Shown in pieces: positions 35,993-45,900 of a stretch of 64,000 bases of DNA. The stretch spans positions 2,905 to 66,904 of the forward strand of contig JAGNHS010000006.1 of assembly GCA_018001635.1 (NCBI GenBank). The letters run 5' to 3'. The notes under the pieces are model-generated. The model was not told the origin of the DNA and made no database searches. It saw only the letters and a program-made list of their open reading frames with translations. The DNA is from Pseudomonadota bacterium (GTDB lineage: Bacteria > Bdellovibrionota > UBA2428). Numbering within the stretch: the first letter of the stretch is position 1; the number at the start of each line of letters is the position of its first letter. A program made the position numbers and the translations under genes.

Positions 35993-37512
35993 TTCTTCTA
36001 TTTGATTTTGGATCTCAATACACTCAGTTAATTGCTAAAGCCTTTCGTCATATGGGTTATCCCTGTGAAGTTGTCGCCGGAAAAACTTCTGCCTCAGCTG
36101 TGGATTTATCAAAAGTACGAGGCTTAGTTTTTTCGGGTTCTCCGATGAGTGTGAATAAAGATTGGACCCCCGATCCTAAAATTCTCGATCTCAATTTGCC
36201 AATACTAGCTATTTGCTACGGATATCACTTTATTGCTTCTCATTTTGGTGGCGACATAGTGTCGCAAAAAAATCGTGAGTATGGAGAAGCCTGGGTTACG
36301 AAAACTTCTTTTGGAAAATCAGATCCCTTGCTTTCAAAGTTTCCCGAGCGTTCAAGGGTCTGGATGAGTCATGGTGACTCCGTAGGAGGATTACCTCCTG
36401 GCGCCCAACTTCTTCTTGAGTCTGGAGATAAACCAGCGGCTTTTTGTCTTCCCAAAGAAAAGGTTTGGGCCCTTCAATTTCATCCTGAAGTGGCGCATTC
36501 TCATGATGGTTTAAAAATCTTAGAAGCTTTTGCCTCTGATATTGTAGGACATAAGCCTGAGTGGAAAATGACCACGGTGCTCGACGATCTTCGTGCCGAG
36601 CTCAAGCTTCAACTTAAGGGAATCGACGAAGTTTATTGTGGCGTTTCCGGCGGTGTGGATTCAACGGTGATGGCGGCTTTGCTTTCTGAGTTCTGCAAAG
36701 TTAAAGCGCTTTTTGTGGATCATGGATTTCTACGTGAATATGATTGGTCGGATTTGCAAGGGTATTTCGCCAATTTTAAAAATGTTGAACTTCAAAAAAT
36801 TGATGCGCGCGATATGTTTTGGAAAGAGCTTAAAGGATCTTTTGATCCCGAAACAAAAAGAAAAATCATTGGGCGACTTTTTGTAGAAGCTTTTTATTCA
36901 AAGATTCCTTCCGATCGTAAAATTCATTTAGCTCAAGGAACTATTTATTCAGACGTTATAGAAAGTGCCTCTAATGAATTGGGTCCTGCTCATAAAATAA
37001 AAAGCCATCACAACGTGGGTGGATTGCCTAAAGATTTAAAATTTCATTTGCTCGAACCCCTTCGAAAATTCTTTAAAGATGAAGTTCGAGAAATTGGAAA
37101 ACTATTAGGACTTGGCTCAGAACTTTTAGATCGTCATCCCTTTCCTGGTCCTGGACTCGCCATTCGATGTTTGGGTCCTTTAGAACCTGAGCGCATTGAA
37201 TTGCTGAGGCGGGCTGATACTGTATTTCATAGAGAATTAAATAAGCGCGATCTTTATAAAAAAACTTGGCAGGCCTTCGTTGTGTTGCTCCCGATTTCGA
37301 GCGTGGGAGTTATGGGTGATGAGCGGACTTATGAGTCCACCTTGGCCATACGCGCAGTTTCTTCTCGAGAAGCCATGACCGCAGAGGCCACGGAATTTCC
37401 ATGGGAAGAACTCAAGGGAATAGCTTCAATTATTATCAATGAAGTGCGGGGAATTAATCGTGTGGTTTACGATCTGACCAGCAAACCCCCAGGAACTATT
37501 GAATGGGAGTGA
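35989..37512 (+). CDS. guaA: GMP synthase (glutamine-hydrolysing)
   Basis: GATase domain (ILAICYGYHF; QFHPEV), ATP-PPase P-loop (GVSGGVDSTV) and C-terminal GTIEWE. ATGA overlap with guaB. Confidence 0.95.
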   Translation: MILLFDFGSQYTQLIAKAFRHMGYPCEVVAGKTSASAVDLSKVRGLVFSGSPMSVNKDWTPDPKILDLNLPILAICYGYHFIASHFGGDIVSQKNREYGEAWVTKTSFGKSDPLLSKFPERSRVWMSHGDSVGGLPPGAQLLLESGDKPAAFCLPKEKVWALQFHPEVAHSHDGLKILEAFASDIVGHKPEWKMTTVLDDLRAELKLQLKGIDEVYCGVSGGVDSTVMAALLSEFCKVKALFVDHGFLREYDWSDLQGYFANFKNVELQKIDARDMFWKELKGSFDPETKRKIIGRLFVEAFYSKIPSDRKIHLAQGTIYSDVIESASNELGPAHKIKSHHNVGGLPKDLKFHLLEPLRKFFKDEVREIGKLLGLGSELLDRHPFPGPGLAIRCLGPLEPERIELLRRADTVFHRELNKRDLYKKTWQAFVVLLPISSVGVMGDERTYESTLAIRAVSSREAMTAEATEFPWEELKGIASIIINEVRGINRVVYDLTSKPPGTIEWE

Positions 37513-38129
37513 AGCAGCCTTGGTTTGTGTTTTCTTCTTCGTCGGGAGAAACTTTTGAGAAACTTTATAATTCTTTAAGTCATGAGGCTAAAAACTCGCT
37601 TCAAGCTTTTTATGTGGATCGTGAGTGTGGAGCTTTTGAACGAGCTCAAAAGATTTTAGGCTCCGATAAAGTTAAAAGTTTTTCTAAAAAAGAATTTGAA
37701 GCTTCGGTTTTAAATTTACTAAAAAATTCGGGTCACTCTCAGGCCATTATTTTGTTATGCGGATTTTTTGGAATTCTCACTAAGGCCTTTTTAGATCAAT
37801 GTCCATTTACAGTGCTCAACACTCATCCTTCTTTGCTCCCAGCTTTTCCGGGCTTAGATAAAAAGGTTCATCAAGCTGTTTTTGATCAAGCTCATTTTAG
37901 TGGTTTTACTCTTCATTTGGTCAACGAAACCCTGGATGGGGGCGCCATCGTTTTTCAAAAATCACTTTCGATAAAAGAAACGAAAACTTGGGAAGAATGT
38001 CGCGATAAGGTTCGCGATTTGGAGCAAACAGAGCTTCCTAAAATATGGGATAAAGTCCTAGAATTAAGTTTTCGTCCCGAAGACCGTTACTCAACGGCCC
38101 GACAACTCCTTCAGAAATATAATTTTTGA
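37503..38129 (+). CDS. purN: Phosphoribosylglycinamide formyltransferase-like (PurN family)
   Basis: Formyl-transferase motifs LNTHPSLLPAFPG and GFTLHLVNETLDGGAIVFQ. Overlaps the guaA stop by 10 nt. The N-terminal region is divergent. Confidence 0.7.
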   Translation: MGVKQPWFVFSSSSGETFEKLYNSLSHEAKNSLQAFYVDRECGAFERAQKILGSDKVKSFSKKEFEASVLNLLKNSGHSQAIILLCGFFGILTKAFLDQCPFTVLNTHPSLLPAFPGLDKKVHQAVFDQAHFSGFTLHLVNETLDGGAIVFQKSLSIKETKTWEECRDKVRDLEQTELPKIWDKVLELSFRPEDRYSTARQLLQKYNF

Positions 38130-38142
38130 GAATTTAAATTTC

Positions 38143-39591
38143 TTATTTTGTACCTGCCAGCTTAGGGAGTGAGTCGATTGTGGCTTGTGAAATCGCATAG
38201 CCCCTAGTTTGAGCAAGTCTTGCAGAAAGTGCCGATACGTAGGGCACCATATGTTTTCCAGGGCAATCATGACCATCATTTACGTTGAGGCAAACTCCCG
38301 TTAGGCAATGTCCTTTATCTCTATGAGTTCGTACGTGTTCTATAGGATATTTCATAGCGATTTGATCTTGAAGTTTTGTGAGGAGAGTTACAACTTCTTC
38401 AGGCACGGCATCTTTATCGTAATCTCCTGCAATTGAAACTCCGATAGATCGAGCATTGCAATCAGACGCGTGACAACCGCGATAACCTAATGGAGTTCCT
38501 TCAAAAATTTTCCACTCTCCTCGAGCATCCTTCTTAATCACAAAATGATAACCCAAATCTTTAAAAGGTTTTTGAAAGCGGTGAAACAAACTCATATCGA
38601 CAAGATTGGGTGATTGAGATCCATCGGTGTGGTGAATAACTATTTCATCGTAGGTGAGTTCTTGTTTTCTTTCCTGGAACCATTTTGGGTCCTGAGAGCT
38701 GACAGTCTGAGTGCTATATTTTCTTTTTTTTCCATTCACAGAGGAAAGAGCGCGATACTTTTGTCCATGGGCTTCCTCAGACCACCATTGTGCGCGAGAT
38801 ACAATATTGACATTTGAATTTGGGCTAAATCTTCGAGAGCTCACTTTGCTTTTGGCATTTTTAAGAGCGTTTCTGTCATTTTCAACAAGGGATAGAAATT
38901 TTGAATGCTGATTTCGGTAATCACTACTAGATAAAGAGAGCCATAAACTGTCTTCAACACATTTAAATTTTTTAGAAATATTGGAATTTTTTAAGGCTTT
39001 AATGAGGGCCAATTGAGTCTGCGTGACTTCTTGTTCTAAGGAGTCATTCTTAACAAGGGCTTCTTGGTCCATTCCGTGGGTTTTCATTTTTACAAAAAAT
39101 CCCTTTTGCGAATGACTTAAAAAGAAATGTTCTTGCTTTTGAACGGCATTCAAATAATTTATAAGACTCAAGTTTAAGCTACTAATGGCGGACTTTGTTC
39201 GACTCTTTTGAGGCCCATCGCTGAGCTTAAGTTTGAGTCCTTCGATGAAAGAAATTCTTTCATCAAGGTGATCTTTGTTGATGTATATTGCAAGTTGATC
39301 GAGATCATTGACTAGACTTGAATCAGGACAGGCACCCTTGTTAAAAATAAATTCTATAGGATCTGAATCAGTTTTAATATTATTGTTTGAACTTTGAGGA
39401 GTTTTTGTGTTTTGAATTTCTTCTCTTGAGGTTGCTTTTGTTGTTGTGTTTTTGTTGCTGTTCGCCGGATTCCTGTGAAAAATTCTACTAAAAAAACTAT
39501 CTGTAGCTGAAAAAACTGCTGGTATTGAAATTAAATTCAACAAACCTAAAATAAAAAAAACAAATGAGTACTGAGTTTTTTTCATGCCCAC
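38143..39591 (-). CDS. Exported N-acetylmuramoyl-L-alanine amidase (Amidase_2/PGRP domain) with long N-terminal region
   Basis: Signal peptide is present. The C-terminal amidase_2 blocks are IVIHHTDGS, LGYHFVIKKDARGEWKIFEGTPLGYRGCHA and NARSIGVSIAGDY. Confidence 0.8.
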   Translation of the reverse strand: MGMKKTQYSFVFFILGLLNLISIPAVFSATDSFFSRIFHRNPANSNKNTTTKATSREEIQNTKTPQSSNNNIKTDSDPIEFIFNKGACPDSSLVNDLDQLAIYINKDHLDERISFIEGLKLKLSDGPQKSRTKSAISSLNLSLINYLNAVQKQEHFFLSHSQKGFFVKMKTHGMDQEALVKNDSLEQEVTQTQLALIKALKNSNISKKFKCVEDSLWLSLSSSDYRNQHSKFLSLVENDRNALKNAKSKVSSRRFSPNSNVNIVSRAQWWSEEAHGQKYRALSSVNGKKRKYSTQTVSSQDPKWFQERKQELTYDEIVIHHTDGSQSPNLVDMSLFHRFQKPFKDLGYHFVIKKDARGEWKIFEGTPLGYRGCHASDCNARSIGVSIAGDYDKDAVPEEVVTLLTKLQDQIAMKYPIEHVRTHRDKGHCLTGVCLNVNDGHDCPGKHMVPYVSALSARLAQTRGYAISQATIDSLPKLAGTK

Positions 39592-39759
39592 CCCTACTTT
39601 GTATTTTAAAGTAAATCGCTGAGATCTTGGAATGAATGTTAAGAAATTCTCTCTCAGAAATCGATAACTTATACTTACATCATGTTTATAAGAATGACAC
39701 TTTGTCTAATAGATCTACAATTTTCTTAACAATTGAGATGAAATGAAAACACACCCTAA

Positions 39760-42700
39760 TTATTTTTTCTTCTTATTCTCTGTTTTGAATAGTTTTCTAA
39801 GAAGTTTTACAACATTCACTTTTTCTTCTTCCTCGGAGATGAGTTGATAACCTACAAAGTTATCCATTTTAGCTTTCCCGATGAGGAATTGTCCAAGGGC
39901 ATCTTCTTCGCTGTAAGCTGTAAAGTTTATAGTTCCAAAGAATCGTGAATTGCCCATAACTTTTTCAATATTAGATTGAGCTGAATCGCTAAGATCTGCA
40001 ATGAGGTCGCCAAACATGAATGTGAAACGATCGTATTCAGAATCTGGAAATTTGGCTTGCACCTCTAAGGCTTTAGCCGCGCCCACTCCATAATCTGTGC
40101 CTCCACCCAGTTGGACTTTATAGAAGTCATTTTCATGGGCTTCGTCAAAATCATAAGCCACTCCGTCAAAAGCCACGTAGGTAAAAACGATGTTTTTATA
40201 TTTGTGTTTTAAAAGTGAGCGAATGTTGAAAATGATTTCCTTCATTTTCTCTACATATCCCATCATACTTCCTGATAGGTCAGAGATAATAGTGACATGG
40301 GCAGAGATGTCGGGGTCAGGTTGCTGCCGATGATTTTTAGAATGAATGTTTTTCTTCTGTAAAAAGTCCACGCCAACTTCGAAGGGGTCAAGCTCGGAGG
40401 TATCCTCGCCCTCTTCTTCTCGAAGGTTGATCACGCCGAGTCCGAGTTTAATGGCATCGCGAACAATTTTCTTAGCCACATAGGGTTTACGGTCTAAAGG
40501 TTGAGAGCCAACAAATATTTTACGCATTTGTTCGGTTTGTCCCTTGAGTGGTCTTAGGTTGGGTAACTCAACTTCATCCTTTATGAGGCTTTGATAAAGC
40601 TCTAATGGAATTTCAATATAAGAGGGGTCGCCACCGCCGCAGCCTTGACCATTTGAGGGTTTGCCTGTGTCACTATCCTCATCGCTACCTTCGTCGGGTT
40701 CTCCGTCGCCTTCACCATCACCGTCATTTCCATCGCCAGGCTGGTTTGAGGATTTTTCAACATAGTATTCCTTGTCCTTAAGACCTTGGGGCTGCAAAAG
40801 AAGTCCATCATCAGTTACAAAGGGATTGTTGTCTAAATCATTCACTTTTGAGAGTAATCTTTTTATTCCGTTTTGCGCACGTCGATCGAAGACTATTCCG
40901 CCAACTTCAGGCAGCACTTTGAGGCTATAGCCGCTGCCAGTTCGAGTGAGGCCACCATTGTTGGCCGCTTTTGAGAATGCCGCTAAAAATCTTTCTGCAA
41001 CTTTTTGGTGATATCGATTGAGTGCTTTGAGAATTCCGTGAGGAACTTCATTGAGTGCCATAGAACCTACAACATCGTTGATGTTTTTATAAATACTACC
41101 TAGAGGATCAATTTCAATTCCTTCTTTGTTTTTGAGAGTGCTGACAATTCCCTTTGGAACTTCAGTTTGATCGATATGGTAATCTATTAAAAATTCTCTT
41201 AAATTTTTAAATAGATGACCGTAAATTTCTTTGTCTACTGTAGATTTTTCTGCAGCCTCAGGAGTCCATTCTCTAAAGCTAGGCGTTTGATGAATTTCAA
41301 TTCCTTCTTCCCAAGAAGAATTACTATCCAATATTTCCATTTTTTTAAGAGTTGAGACGTTTATTTGTCCTTCAGGGTTGACTCTTATTTTCGCTCTAGC
41401 CAAGCGATATCCAATGACTTTCATTTTAGGTTTGAAACTAAACCAGTCCCACGTCACTTCTTTTATAACATCGATGATAAGTGTGGCTTCTAATTCAACA
41501 GTTTTCCTAAGTATTTTGGCCCAACTGAGTAGAGTAGGGGCTACAGTTTTTCTATTGATGGGTGTGAAGTAACCCATTTCATTACTCACAGATAATTTCG
41601 CAACATCATCTGTCTGATTGTGCAAATTATTCCAGACAACACGCGGATAGGCGTAGGAGAGGTTCCAGTCCTGTTGCACTTGATATCGAATACGTTCAGG
41701 ATCGTGAGTGATGACCTGATAGAGGGTGCCGTCCATATAATCTTGAGGAAGAGGAGCCCCTTGTTGAGCAAGTTGGAATTTTTCTTCGTTGCTGAATTTT
41801 TTAACTAGGGCTAGGTGCCTGTTTTTGATCCATTGATCAGTCAGCTTAGAAAAAATAAACATGACATTATTGCCAAGGTTTGGATTGTTTATGATTTCTC
41901 TAGCATAATTTATAAATTTTTGATCGCGCTCCATTCCTTCCAATTTAATGTTTTCAGGGCGCCTATTGAATTCTTCTCTAATTTCTCTCCAAATTTCGAG
42001 TCCGAGAAAATAAGGATTTGTGAGTGAGGGTCGCGCTACTCTTCCAGCGAGCATCCCAATTTCAGCAGCGTCACCAAAACTTCGTGCATAGTCGGGGTGA
42101 TGTGAGAAAATAATTTCCTCAACGAGCATGGCAAAACCTTCATTGAGTAACTTTGTGTTAACGGCACCAGGAATAAAGCGATTCATTTTTTCAAATTTTT
42201 TCGCCATTTCTAATTTCCAAGGTGCGATATCGCTTGGTAGTTCACTAACAAAGGCTTGAAGAAGGCTTACCGTTTGCTTTCCTGAACTCTGACTAGTCTG
42301 AACAAGGCCATCGCGCCATTGATTGAATCCTATGGGTCTGTCAGCCTTTAAGTCTTTAGGTTCTACATAGGCACCGCTCCAAACATCTTGTGCCATTTCA
42401 AGCGAAAGTAAATGGAAAAACCAATCCTCTACTTCTCGAGGATCTTCATATTTTCCAATATCTGTCATTAGTTCATCGAGCTCAACAGAAACTCCAACGC
42501 GATCATGGGAAGTTTTGTGTTTAAAGTAAGAATTCACATGGAAGAAATTATGGCCATAGACGTGAGCCAATATGTTCATGAATAATATGGGACTTAAGTT
42601 GCTCAAGTAATAGCTATGCTGTGTGCTGTGGCCCGAGAGTACAAATTCTAAAACCCCTTGAAGATTTCGTGCTTGATTGAAAATTGCGGCCCCGTCACTC

Positions 42701-42969
42701 CAGCTGCCGACAGGGTAACGATTCACCGCCGCCATTCCAGCCACTGAAGACGGATTGAGTAATTCTACAATATGTTTTTTTATGCCATTTAGAAGACCTA
42801 ATTTATCGGCGATGTCATGAACTTCAGCTAAACGTTTATGATATTCCGCTGCGTCAGGTTGGTTGTGCGAGTCCGCTATTAAGTGCTCTTGGCAGCTGAA
42901 AGAGTGTTGGGCAAAGATGAAGCTAAGGATACTGAGAAACTTTAGAGTGTTTAATCTAATAAAGCTCAT
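39760..42969 (-). CDS. Fusion protein: N-terminal SpoVR/YcgB-like domain plus C-terminal YeaH/YhbH (DUF444, vWA-like) domain, with signal-peptide-like N-terminus
   Basis: SpoVR block GVLEFVLSGHSTQHSYYLSNLSPILFMNILAHVYGHNFFHVNSYF (about 42540-42660). A Gly/Asp-rich linker (GDGNDGDGEGDGEPDEGSDEDSD) follows. DUF444 blocks are YIEIPLELYQSLIKDEVELPNL, PDPDISAHVTIISDLSGSM and QLGGGTDY. N-terminus is MSFIRLNTLKFLSILSFIFAQHS. Confidence 0.85.
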   Translation of the reverse strand: MSFIRLNTLKFLSILSFIFAQHSFSCQEHLIADSHNQPDAAEYHKRLAEVHDIADKLGLLNGIKKHIVELLNPSSVAGMAAVNRYPVGSWSDGAAIFNQARNLQGVLEFVLSGHSTQHSYYLSNLSPILFMNILAHVYGHNFFHVNSYFKHKTSHDRVGVSVELDELMTDIGKYEDPREVEDWFFHLLSLEMAQDVWSGAYVEPKDLKADRPIGFNQWRDGLVQTSQSSGKQTVSLLQAFVSELPSDIAPWKLEMAKKFEKMNRFIPGAVNTKLLNEGFAMLVEEIIFSHHPDYARSFGDAAEIGMLAGRVARPSLTNPYFLGLEIWREIREEFNRRPENIKLEGMERDQKFINYAREIINNPNLGNNVMFIFSKLTDQWIKNRHLALVKKFSNEEKFQLAQQGAPLPQDYMDGTLYQVITHDPERIRYQVQQDWNLSYAYPRVVWNNLHNQTDDVAKLSVSNEMGYFTPINRKTVAPTLLSWAKILRKTVELEATLIIDVIKEVTWDWFSFKPKMKVIGYRLARAKIRVNPEGQINVSTLKKMEILDSNSSWEEGIEIHQTPSFREWTPEAAEKSTVDKEIYGHLFKNLREFLIDYHIDQTEVPKGIVSTLKNKEGIEIDPLGSIYKNINDVVGSMALNEVPHGILKALNRYHQKVAERFLAAFSKAANNGGLTRTGSGYSLKVLPEVGGIVFDRRAQNGIKRLLSKVNDLDNNPFVTDDGLLLQPQGLKDKEYYVEKSSNQPGDGNDGDGEGDGEPDEGSDEDSDTGKPSNGQGCGGGDPSYIEIPLELYQSLIKDEVELPNLRPLKGQTEQMRKIFVGSQPLDRKPYVAKKIVRDAIKLGLGVINLREEEGEDTSELDPFEVGVDFLQKKNIHSKNHRQQPDPDISAHVTIISDLSGSMMGYVEKMKEIIFNIRSLLKHKYKNIVFTYVAFDGVAYDFDEAHENDFYKVQLGGGTDYGVGAAKALEVQAKFPDSEYDRFTFMFGDLIADLSDSAQSNIEKVMGNSRFFGTINFTAYSEEDALGQFLIGKAKMDNFVGYQLISEEEEKVNVVKLLRKLFKTENKKKK

Positions 42970-45900
42970 TTTTTCTCCTCAGGAATCAATAAATATTCGC
43001 AACGATCGCCGAATCCAGCATGATTTCTTTCCAATTCCGGAACCTTATCTCTTATGAGATCATTACCTTCTAAAAGTTGTGTGACGTATTCAACAGTAAG
43101 AGGTGAGAGTGGAGATTCTTCAGTTTTAAAGGCAAATTCAGCGAATTCAGCTCGGGTGCTGAGCGCGGGTTCGTCTATGATTTCTTCGAGCATTTTCATC
43201 ATGAAAACGTTGGCATTGTCCCAGGGTAGATTGGCAATGGCTTGGTCTATAGCCCAAAGAAAAATAATCGCTAAATCACTTGAGCTCAAATTTCTGTGGA
43301 GTCCTTTTTGTACTTCTTTGAGTTTGGGATTTAAAAAACCCTGATTAGAGACAAACATTTGAAAGAGGTCTCTTATTTTGTCTGTAGTGCTTGCAAATTC
43401 TTCACGCACTTCTTTTGAGTTTTTCATGGAATCAAGCCAAGCTTGAGAGTTGGATTCTTGAAATCCATTGGATTGATAAAATTTGTAAAACAAATTTTTC
43501 ATGAGCGATTCAATGTTGATAATTAAGCGGCTTATGTATTCACGTTGTCCTTCTTGTTCCTGAATTGAGCCTTTAATTTTTAAAAAATCATCTAGGGAAT
43601 CGCTCTCAAGAACGCTAGACGCGGGAAGTTTGAAAGGAATAACGGGTTTTGAATTATGATGAGCATCCATGAGGTCTTGGAATTCGGAAAGGAAACCAGA
43701 GTGGTTATTTATTTTTAATCGAACTGGGGATAGATCCAAATTCCAAAATCTTAATTCTGGACGATTTCTTAAGTTGAGATAGACTCCCGTGATGAGCGGT
43801 TTGAGGTAGTACATTTCATTTTGAAGACTCGCCCTAAAAAACTTATGATTTTGGATTGAGTTTATGAAATGATTATAAAAATTGATTCTAAAAGAGTTAG
43901 AATTAAATTCTGCGAAATCAAGTCTTCCGCGAAGGTTGTCAAAGGTGACTGGTTTTACAACAACATGTTTCTTAATTTGGTTTCTTAATGTGGTTGAATT
44001 TATAGTGGAACCACCTTCTTCCACTTGATGATCATCATTGTACCATTCATCAACATTCCAATCGTCTTTGAGGTCTTTGCTGTCATGGGTATCGCTTTTA
44101 GAGCTAGTCACATAATAGAGTGGAGCGGGGGCTAGAGAGTCATCTTTAGCTTCTGTGAATAGAGAGTTAGTAACGGGCATTAAAAAGTTTCGCGCGTGAG
44201 CTTTGGGGAAAATTTGTGCAATTTCAGAAAGAATATGTGGATTCACTAAAATCAGTTTGTTTGAAAGAGTTAATTCTTGGAGACTTCGAGCTCTGATTTT
44301 TGAAATCAAACCCGAGGCTTTGGCCTCACGTGGAAAATCACCAAAGTTAATGAGATCAGAAAAACGAGCTAAGATGGAGGGCTCATATTGAGCACCTTCA
44401 ACTTGTGAAAGTGCTGCAATGATTTGTGATTCAATAGAACTAGCATCATCGATATATTGATCTCTAATTTCACGATTGGATGCAGGGTTGATGGTTACAA
44501 ATAAAGAGATATTTCTAACAGGAATTTCGATGGTCATTTTATCTTCAAGACGAGAGACTCTGACCAAGTTGTTGTTCAGTAAGTTTTGGATATAAGACAT
44601 AACTCGACTGAGAACGTTGGCGTTCTTAGCTTTGTGAAGATCGTCAATAAGTATGAAACCTCGGTAGCCGAGAGGAAGTGATAAGAAATTGTCTAAGTGT
44701 TTCAGTGCGTCTTCAACATATAAACTTTTTCCAGTGGCTTCTTCTTTTTTATCTACCAAATCTTCTACTTTTAGGAAAAAGGCTTGAGCATTTTCATCTA
44801 AAGGTCTGTTGAAGTCGTAAACTTTTATATCGAGTAATTGGATGAGCTTCTCAAAGAAAAAAGTTTTTCCTAAACTTGTTTCACCGAAAAATACGGCTGA
44901 TGAGGGAATTTGCTTTGAACTATCGGACCCTTGAGTTTGCGAAAGAATAAGCCTGAAAATTCTTTCTTTGAGATCCAGTTGACCAGCATATCCTAGTTTT
45001 GTGAGATCCACTGCGGCTCGAGCGGTGTCTTTAATTTTATGAAGAACGTCTTCGGGTTCAAGGGATTTATAATTTAAGGGGATGGGGAAAACTTTGGCTA
45101 AAAATCTTTCTACATAGTTTTCGTCAATCACTCGACTTCTTCTGAGTTTATGGTCGTCGACTAATGATTTTCTAAAAATGGAATAGGAGCGTACAAAGGC
45201 TTCGATGGGTTCTTGATTGAGTGAATTGGCAACAGCTTCAATTCGATTGGCTAAAAATTTGGTGATGTTCAAAAACGGAGCGCTGTTTCTTTCGGCGCCA
45301 GATTCGTTTCCATTGTATCGAAATGAGTAATTCAGAGTTCTAATGTCTTCTCGATAGAATAAATTTCTCAAAATGTTAGAGCGGTGCTCTACGCTTGGAT
45401 ATTCAAGTCGAACTATTTCAAAATCTTTTTGAAGATCCATAAAATGCGACTCAAGGCCTAAATCTTTTTCTAAATCTTCGATTTGTTCAGGAGTGGCTAC
45501 AATAATTTCTGAAACGCTTGGGGTAGCTTCATCTCTTAAGCGCCATTGCTTTTTTAATTTAGGTTGGATTCTTCTACCTTCGGAGGCCAACCACCACATG
45601 ATGTGAGGGAAAATTGTATTGGGTTTGTCTATGTCGCTACGAGAAGAACTGTTTCCATCTTTGTCACTGCCTTCGTTGGGGCTGTTGGCGCTCGATTGAG
45701 CCTCGGAAGCCGTTTCAGCTAATAGCTCAGTTTTTTTCATGGCCGCAGGATCGCTAATTCTAAAAGGTTTGATGTCGCTTTTTTCTCCAACTAGTGGACG
45801 TTCATTGCGTAAAAGGTCGCTCGCATCTGCTAAAAGAACAACACTATTTTCTTGGCTGAGTCTTCTCATGGCGTCTAGATTGCCAAAGATTTCTTCTTGA

